From the NCBI GenBank assembly GCA_964581505.1, contig CAZOOR010000002.1, forward strand, positions 19,700 through 83,699: DNA of 64,000 bases. Reading direction: 5' to 3'. This DNA comes from an uncultured Hyphomicrobiales bacterium (GTDB lineage Bacteria; Bacteroidota; Ignavibacteria; Kapaibacteriales; UBA2268). Below are positions 59,051 through 64,000 of the stretch, piece after piece (the first letter of the stretch is position 1; each line of letters starts with the position of its first letter). The translations under genes and the position numbers were made by a program. The notes beneath the pieces were generated by a model that was not told the DNA's origin, did not search any database, and was given only the letters and a program-made list of their open reading frames with translations.

Positions 59051-60463
59051 ATGGAAGTTCAAGACTACACAATTGTTTTAATTACCGATGACAAACAAAC
59101 AACAGATTTAATTATTGACAATCTGATTAAAGATTATAAAACAATAGAAGTCTTTGACAATTCGGACGAAGCACTAGACCAGATGCACATTATCCGTCCC
59201 GATATTATTCTGCTTGATATGTTTATTGGTCATCAGAACGGGCTGGATACACTTGAACTAATTAAGAAACAGGGTTATTCTGCACCGATTATTATGATGA
59301 CTGCGGCAACCGATATGAAGATGGCTATACACGGAATGAAATTGGGAGCGGCTGACTTCATAGTAAAACCTCTGAACATTGAACAAGTAAAGACAATTAT
59401 CAGCCGCGCTATTTCGCATTTTGAAATGAGTAAGCGAGTGGAAGCAATGTCTGCACAGCTCAAAACAACTCAACCCGATAATATTCTCGGCGAATCTGAG
59501 GAACTACAAAAAGCTCTGAAAATTGCAAATACAATTGCTAAAGCCAATACTACTGTCTTACTCTATGGTGAATCAGGTACAGGCAAGGAATTGTTTGCAA
59601 AACTAATTCACGACTCATCTGATAGAGCCAAAGGTCCATTCATAACAATTAATTGCGGAGCAATACCAAAAGAGATTGCCGAGAACGAACTTTTCGGTTA
59701 CGAAAGAGGTGCATTTACAGGTGCCATTGATAAAATTAAGCACGGGAAATTCGAGCAGGCGCATCACGGCACTATACTCCTCGATGAAATTTCGGAATTG
59801 ACTTTGGATTTGCAGGTTAAATTATTACGTGTATTGCAAGAGAAAAAATATTACAGGCTGGGCGGTGCTAAGGAAATAGCGGTTGATGTACGAGTAATTG
59901 CTTCTTCCAACAAGGAACTCGAACAGTTGGTCGAAGAAGGTGAATTTAGAGAAGATTTATATTATCGTCTGAATGTAGCAAAGATAGAACTACCGCCCTT
60001 ACGCAAACGCAAGAATGATATAATGTTACTTGCTACTGCTTTTGTGGCGGAGTTTAATAAGCAATTTACCAAGAACATCAGCGGATTTTCGCCGCAAGCA
60101 ATTAAAACACTCGAAGAATATCCCTGGCGTGGTAATATTCGAGAACTTAAAAATGCAATAGAAAGAGTTGTGCTGCTCGAAGAAAGCGACATTATCGAAG
60201 ATGAATCATTGGACTTCCTACGTACTTCACGCCTGTCTTCGCGTGGCAAGATATTAAATCGTGATTTAGAGAACGGTAAGCACATTCTACATATATCTAA
60301 AACAGGAGCAAGATATGATGATATTGTCAAGGATTTATTAATCCAAACCTTGCAAATTTGCGAAGGTGATATTATAAAAGCGGCAAAAATACTCGGGCTG
60401 ACAACATTGAAACTCAAAGACCGCTTACAACAATTTTCTCTTTCGGAGGAAGATTGGGATTAA
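59051..60463 (+). CDS. Sigma-54-dependent response regulator (NtrC family)
   Basis: REC (ITDD, ILLDM, FIVKP); AAA+ [47 protein letters not shown]; Fis-like HTH. Confidence 0.93.
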   Translation: MEVQDYTIVLITDDKQTTDLIIDNLIKDYKTIEVFDNSDEALDQMHIIRPDIILLDMFIGHQNGLDTLELIKKQGYSAPIIMMTAATDMKMAIHGMKLGAADFIVKPLNIEQVKTIISRAISHFEMSKRVEAMSAQLKTTQPDNILGESEELQKALKIANTIAKANTTVLLYGESGTGKELFAKLIHDSSDRAKGPFITINCGAIPKEIAENELFGYERGAFTGAIDKIKHGKFEQAHHGTILLDEISELTLDLQVKLLRVLQEKKYYRLGGAKEIAVDVRVIASSNKELEQLVEEGEFREDLYYRLNVAKIELPPLRKRKNDIMLLATAFVAEFNKQFTKNISGFSPQAIKTLEEYPWRGNIRELKNAIERVVLLEESDIIEDESLDFLRTSRLSSRGKILNRDLENGKHILHISKTGARYDDIVKDLLIQTLQICEGDIIKAAKILGLTTLKLKDRLQQFSLSEEDWD

Positions 60464-60750
60464 AACTCAATTTGCGTATGCAATGCAATTTCTTCTAAGA
60501 TAGCACTAACACGCAAACAATCGGGCATCTCGCCTTCATAGACAATAGATTTACCTTTTGTATGGACTTCCCAAGCAATAGACTCAGCCTGCTCGGGTGA
60601 GCATTGAATAGCTTTAATTAACTGGACAATAACCTCGTCGAATGTATGCAACTCATCATTATAGAGAATTACTTTAGCGGCATCAGTGGTTCCTATATCA
60701 CTGTCCACAATTAATTCGGTTTCCGTCTCGGATTGCAAAAATATACCCAT
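60460..60750 (-). CDS. clpS: ATP-dependent Clp protease adaptor
   Basis: [19 protein letters not shown]...[12 protein letters not shown]; start moved to ATG 60750 (track uses 60798). Confidence 0.88.
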   Translation of the reverse strand: MGIFLQSETETELIVDSDIGTTDAAKVILYNDELHTFDEVIVQLIKAIQCSPEQAESIAWEVHTKGKSIVYEGEMPDCLRVSAILEEIALHTQIEF

Positions 60751-60931
60751 ATCCGCATTTTTATAAAAAATAACAAAAAAACACCTTGTAATAGACAAAA
60801 ACTATGCAATGTTTATTGTTTTTGGTTGGTAAATCTTTATTACTTTTGTATTTTACTAATCGCAATGAAGTAAATTTTTTCATTGTTATTTATATTTGGA
60901 TATTAGTGGTAAATAACCTTGGGATATTGGC

Positions 60932-62917
60932 ATGTATGAATTGATTAAATTCGTTCCTTTAATTCCTCTTGTAGGATTTTTAATCATAGGTTTGACGGGA
61001 AAATTCCTGAAAAACGAAAAGCTAATCGGCTCGTTGGCAAGTTTGACGGTTGCAACATCGTTCGTAATATCATTCCTGATATTTCTGGAACTATTGCATT
61101 CAAACGCCGAGTCGCCGATAGTTATACCGGTCTATACTTGGATACAAACCGGATTGTTCAGTGTTAATATAGCATATCAAGTTGACCGTTTGTCAATATT
61201 GTTTGCATTAATTATTACAGGGGTAGGATTTTTAATCCATATATACTCCATCGGCTATATGCACGGTGATAGAAGTTTCTTCCGATTTTTTGCATACCTG
61301 AACTTATTTATTTTTATGATGCTCAATTTGGTTCTGGCTTCAAACTACCTGCTGACATTTTTCGGCTGGGAGGGTGTTGGTCTGAGTTCCTATCTGCTAA
61401 TCGGTTTTTGGTATGACAAAAAATTCCCCGGCACACGGATAACATGGACAGGTGATGCAGGTAATAAAGCATTCATAGTTAATCGAATAGGTGATTTCGG
61501 TTTTATCATTGCAATGCTTTTCATATATATCACATTCAATACATTGGATTATCAAACTGTAATGGAGACTGCTTCGGCAGGATATATTTCTTATTATAAC
61601 ACCGGAATAATAACGGCAATAACACTATTAATGTTACTTGGGACAACGGGTAAATCCGCACAGATACCTCTTGCTGTTTGGTTGCCCGATGCAATGGCAG
61701 GTCCAACACCTGTTTCTGCATTAATCCATGCCGCCACAATGGTAACGGCAGGTATATTCCTGATTGCCCGAAATTCCGTATTATTTGCCTTATCGCCGGT
61801 AACGATGGAGGTGGTGGCAATAGTCGGAGTGGCAACGGCATTCCTTGCGGCAACAGTTGCTTTGGTTCAGAATGATATTAAAAAGGTACTTGCCTATTCT
61901 ACGGTTTCACAACTTGGTTTTATGTTTATTGCACTCGGAGTAGGTGCATTCTCCGCAGGAGTATTCCACGTAATGACCCACGCATTTTTCAAAGGACTTT
62001 TATTCCTTGGTGCCGGCTCGGTTATTCACGGAATGCATGAAGAACAGGACATCAAGCGTATGGGCGGATTGAAACACTATATGCCGACAACATATAAAAC
62101 ATTTTTTGTGGCAACACTTGCCATAGCCGGAGTTCCATTTTTCAGCGGCTTTTTCTCGAAGGACGAAATACTTTGGAAAGCATTCAGTGACGGTGGCTTT
62201 ATGCTATGGTTATTCGGTGCAATTGCGGCTTTCTTCACAGCATTCTATATGTTCAGACTATTGAAATTGACATTTCATGGCAAAGAAAGATTTGATGCAC
62301 ACCATATACACCCGCACGAATCACCGAAGACAATGACAATTCCTCTGATAGTGCTTGCCGTATTAGCGGCTCTCGGCGGCTTGCTTGGCATTCCCTATGC
62401 TTTGGGTTTCTGGCTGGGTCCCGAATCAAATTTAATAGAGCATTTTCTGCATCCGGTATTTAAAGATGCTCATTTTATAATAGCATCAATGAGCGGGAAA
62501 TTTGAATTTGGTCATGAAATACACAGCATAGAATACTTGTTTATGTTTATTTCAGTCGGATTAGCGGCACTTGCAATATGGCTTGCCCATAAGTTCTATT
62601 CTGACGCCGAATGGACTGTACCGAGAAAAATTGCGTCAAGTTTCAAAGGAGTTTATAATTTATTATTTAACAAATATAAATTAGATGAGTTTTATTTTGC
62701 AACGGTTGTTGACCCTTGCCTTCAGACATCAAGGAGTTTTCTATGGCGTATGATTGATATGAAATTTATTGACGGCATAGTAAACGGACTTGCAAAAGCA
62801 AGTGCAGGGATTGGCGAAACCGTCAGACGTTTGCAATCGGGTATAGCACAAAACTATGCCGTTCTGATGACCGGTGGAATTATCGTTATTCTATTCTGGT
62901 TGTTTCTATCTTTATAA
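60932..62917 (+). CDS. nuoL: NADH-quinone oxidoreductase subunit L
   Basis: IHIYSIGYM, GWEGVGLSSYLLIGFW, NRIGDFG, GKSAQIPL..WLPDAMAGPTPVSALIHAATMV, KKVLAYSTVSQLG, HAFFKGLLFL. Confidence 0.97.
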   Translation: MYELIKFVPLIPLVGFLIIGLTGKFLKNEKLIGSLASLTVATSFVISFLIFLELLHSNAESPIVIPVYTWIQTGLFSVNIAYQVDRLSILFALIITGVGFLIHIYSIGYMHGDRSFFRFFAYLNLFIFMMLNLVLASNYLLTFFGWEGVGLSSYLLIGFWYDKKFPGTRITWTGDAGNKAFIVNRIGDFGFIIAMLFIYITFNTLDYQTVMETASAGYISYYNTGIITAITLLMLLGTTGKSAQIPLAVWLPDAMAGPTPVSALIHAATMVTAGIFLIARNSVLFALSPVTMEVVAIVGVATAFLAATVALVQNDIKKVLAYSTVSQLGFMFIALGVGAFSAGVFHVMTHAFFKGLLFLGAGSVIHGMHEEQDIKRMGGLKHYMPTTYKTFFVATLAIAGVPFFSGFFSKDEILWKAFSDGGFMLWLFGAIAAFFTAFYMFRLLKLTFHGKERFDAHHIHPHESPKTMTIPLIVLAVLAALGGLLGIPYALGFWLGPESNLIEHFLHPVFKDAHFIIASMSGKFEFGHEIHSIEYLFMFISVGLAALAIWLAHKFYSDAEWTVPRKIASSFKGVYNLLFNKYKLDEFYFATVVDPCLQTSRSFLWRMIDMKFIDGIVNGLAKASAGIGETVRRLQSGIAQNYAVLMTGGIIVILFWLFLSL

Positions 62918-62958
62918 ATGTTTTGTTTAAGTTTTTGAATGTAATGTAAAGTTCGATT

Positions 62959-64000
62959 ATGTCAATACTAATACCAATCTTGTTTTTACCCTTGGCAGGT
63001 GCACTCCTGCTGATGTTTGTAAACAAAAAACAAATACAGATAATCAAATATTCCGCAATGGCAATATCATTGGCAACATTTGTCTTGGCAATGGGATTAT
63101 TCTCTCAATTCAATCAAGCAGACCCCGGATTCCAATTGATTTTCAATGCGGAATGGATACCCGATTTCGATGCGGGCTTTCGTGTGGGAATGGACGGTAT
63201 GTCTTTCTTGCTTGTATTGCTAACTGTATTTATAGCACCTGTTACGATATTGTCTTCATACGGCTCAATCAATAAGCGAGAAAAAGAATACTATGTAATG
63301 ATTCTATTCCTCGAATTTGCTATGCTCGGAGTGTTTATGTCGTTGGATATATTCTTATTCTATATATTCTGGGAATTAATATTAATTCCGATGTACTTCA
63401 TAATAGGAATTTGGGGCGGCAAAAATAGATTATACGCAACGGTTAAGTTCTTTATCTTTACTGTTGTCGGCTCGCTATTTATGTTAATTGCAATTGTCTG
63501 GCTCGGGCTTTATGTCGGAGGCGAAGTACTTCATAATAGTTCCGGATTTACAACAAATTTTATTGCCATACGAAATGCACTTGCTAATCATGCCATACCA
63601 TTGGATACTCAAATCTGGCTGTTTTTGGCATTTGCATTATCATTCAGTATCAAAGTACCTCTTTTCCCATTGCACACATGGTTGGCTGATGCACATACGG
63701 AGGCACCAACTCCCGGTTCGGTTATACTTGCCGGCGTATTACTCAAAATGGGAACTTACGGACTTATCAGATTCAACCTTGACTTATTCCCACAGGCATC
63801 ATATTATTTTGCTCCGTATATGAGTACGCTTGCGGTAATCGGAATTATATACGGTGCTTTGGTGGCAATGGTACAAACCGATATAAAACGCTTGGTAGCA
63901 TATTCATCTGTAAGCCATCTCGGTTTTGTTGTACTTGGTATTTTCTCAATGACACAAGAAGGTATCCAAGGTGCAATTATTCAGATGGTCAATCACGGTT
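62959..64000 (+). CDS. nuoM: NADH-quinone oxidoreductase subunit M (truncated by window edge)
   Basis: Not in ORF track; hand translation MSILIPILFLPLAGALLLM...GMDGMSFLLVLLT...FYIFWELILIPMYFIIGIWGG...KVPLFPLHTWLADAHTEAPTPGSVILAGVLLKMGTYG...DIKRLVAYSSVSHLG...QMVNHG. Confidence 0.96.
   Translation, partial: MSILIPILFLPLAGALLLMFVNKKQIQIIKYSAMAISLATFVLAMGLFSQFNQADPGFQLIFNAEWIPDFDAGFRVGMDGMSFLLVLLTVFIAPVTILSSYGSINKREKEYYVMILFLEFAMLGVFMSLDIFLFYIFWELILIPMYFIIGIWGGKNRLYATVKFFIFTVVGSLFMLIAIVWLGLYVGGEVLHNSSGFTTNFIAIRNALANHAIPLDTQIWLFLAFALSFSIKVPLFPLHTWLADAHTEAPTPGSVILAGVLLKMGTYGLIRFNLDLFPQASYYFAPYMSTLAVIGIIYGALVAMVQTDIKRLVAYSSVSHLGFVVLGIFSMTQEGIQGAIIQMVNHG

Noticed and set aside
59030-60931. Sigma-54 (-24/-12) promoter for nuoL or clpS near the NtrC-like gene
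   Set aside because: No TGGCAC-N5-TTGC match at a plausible position in the intergenic regions inspected.

Overview
AT-rich (roughly one-third GC by eye) bacterial chromosome segment from the Bacteroidota-Chlorobi-Ignavibacteria lineage, most consistent with Ignavibacteria/Ca. Kapabacteria. This is inferred from type IX secretion (T9SS) cargo C-terminal domains, a PorX-like regulator, a PorW/SprE-like protein, TAnnTTTG -7 promoter boxes, two-subunit GcvP and an atp operon lacking atpD/atpC. Most of the window is housekeeping: valS, rnr, radC, gap-pgk, atp operon, miaA, mnmA, pyrH-frr, nuoF, nuoL/M, clpS, phoH-cdaA-pcm. The ORF track misses two edge-truncated genes (a T9SS BNR-repeat paralog at 1-381 and nuoM at 62959-64000) and three tRNAs: Pro(CGG), Val(GAC) and Val(CAC). 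The most notable observations are: (1) two 67/75-identical tRNA-Val genes with different anticodons, each with its own promoter, flanking an accessory lipoprotein gene and followed by a RelE-like toxin with an atypical long upstream partner; (2) the ADP-heptose epimerase hldD/rfaD inserted between atpA and atpG; (3) a mosaic of palindromic REP-like repeats with a 68-bp direct repeat plus 10-bp tandem arrays upstream of pyrH, with a truncated sister copy 32 kb away; (4) a Schlafen/AlbA_2-wHTH gene, an orphan umuD and two tRNA-modification genes clustered around tRNA-Pro; (5) an orphan HicB-like gene heading a CAAX protease-TPR-NamZ run; (6) a ROK kinase without the zinc-binding cysteines. No CRISPR array, transposase, integrase, rRNA or phage gene was seen. 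All family assignments come from motif recognition by eye, without database searches.
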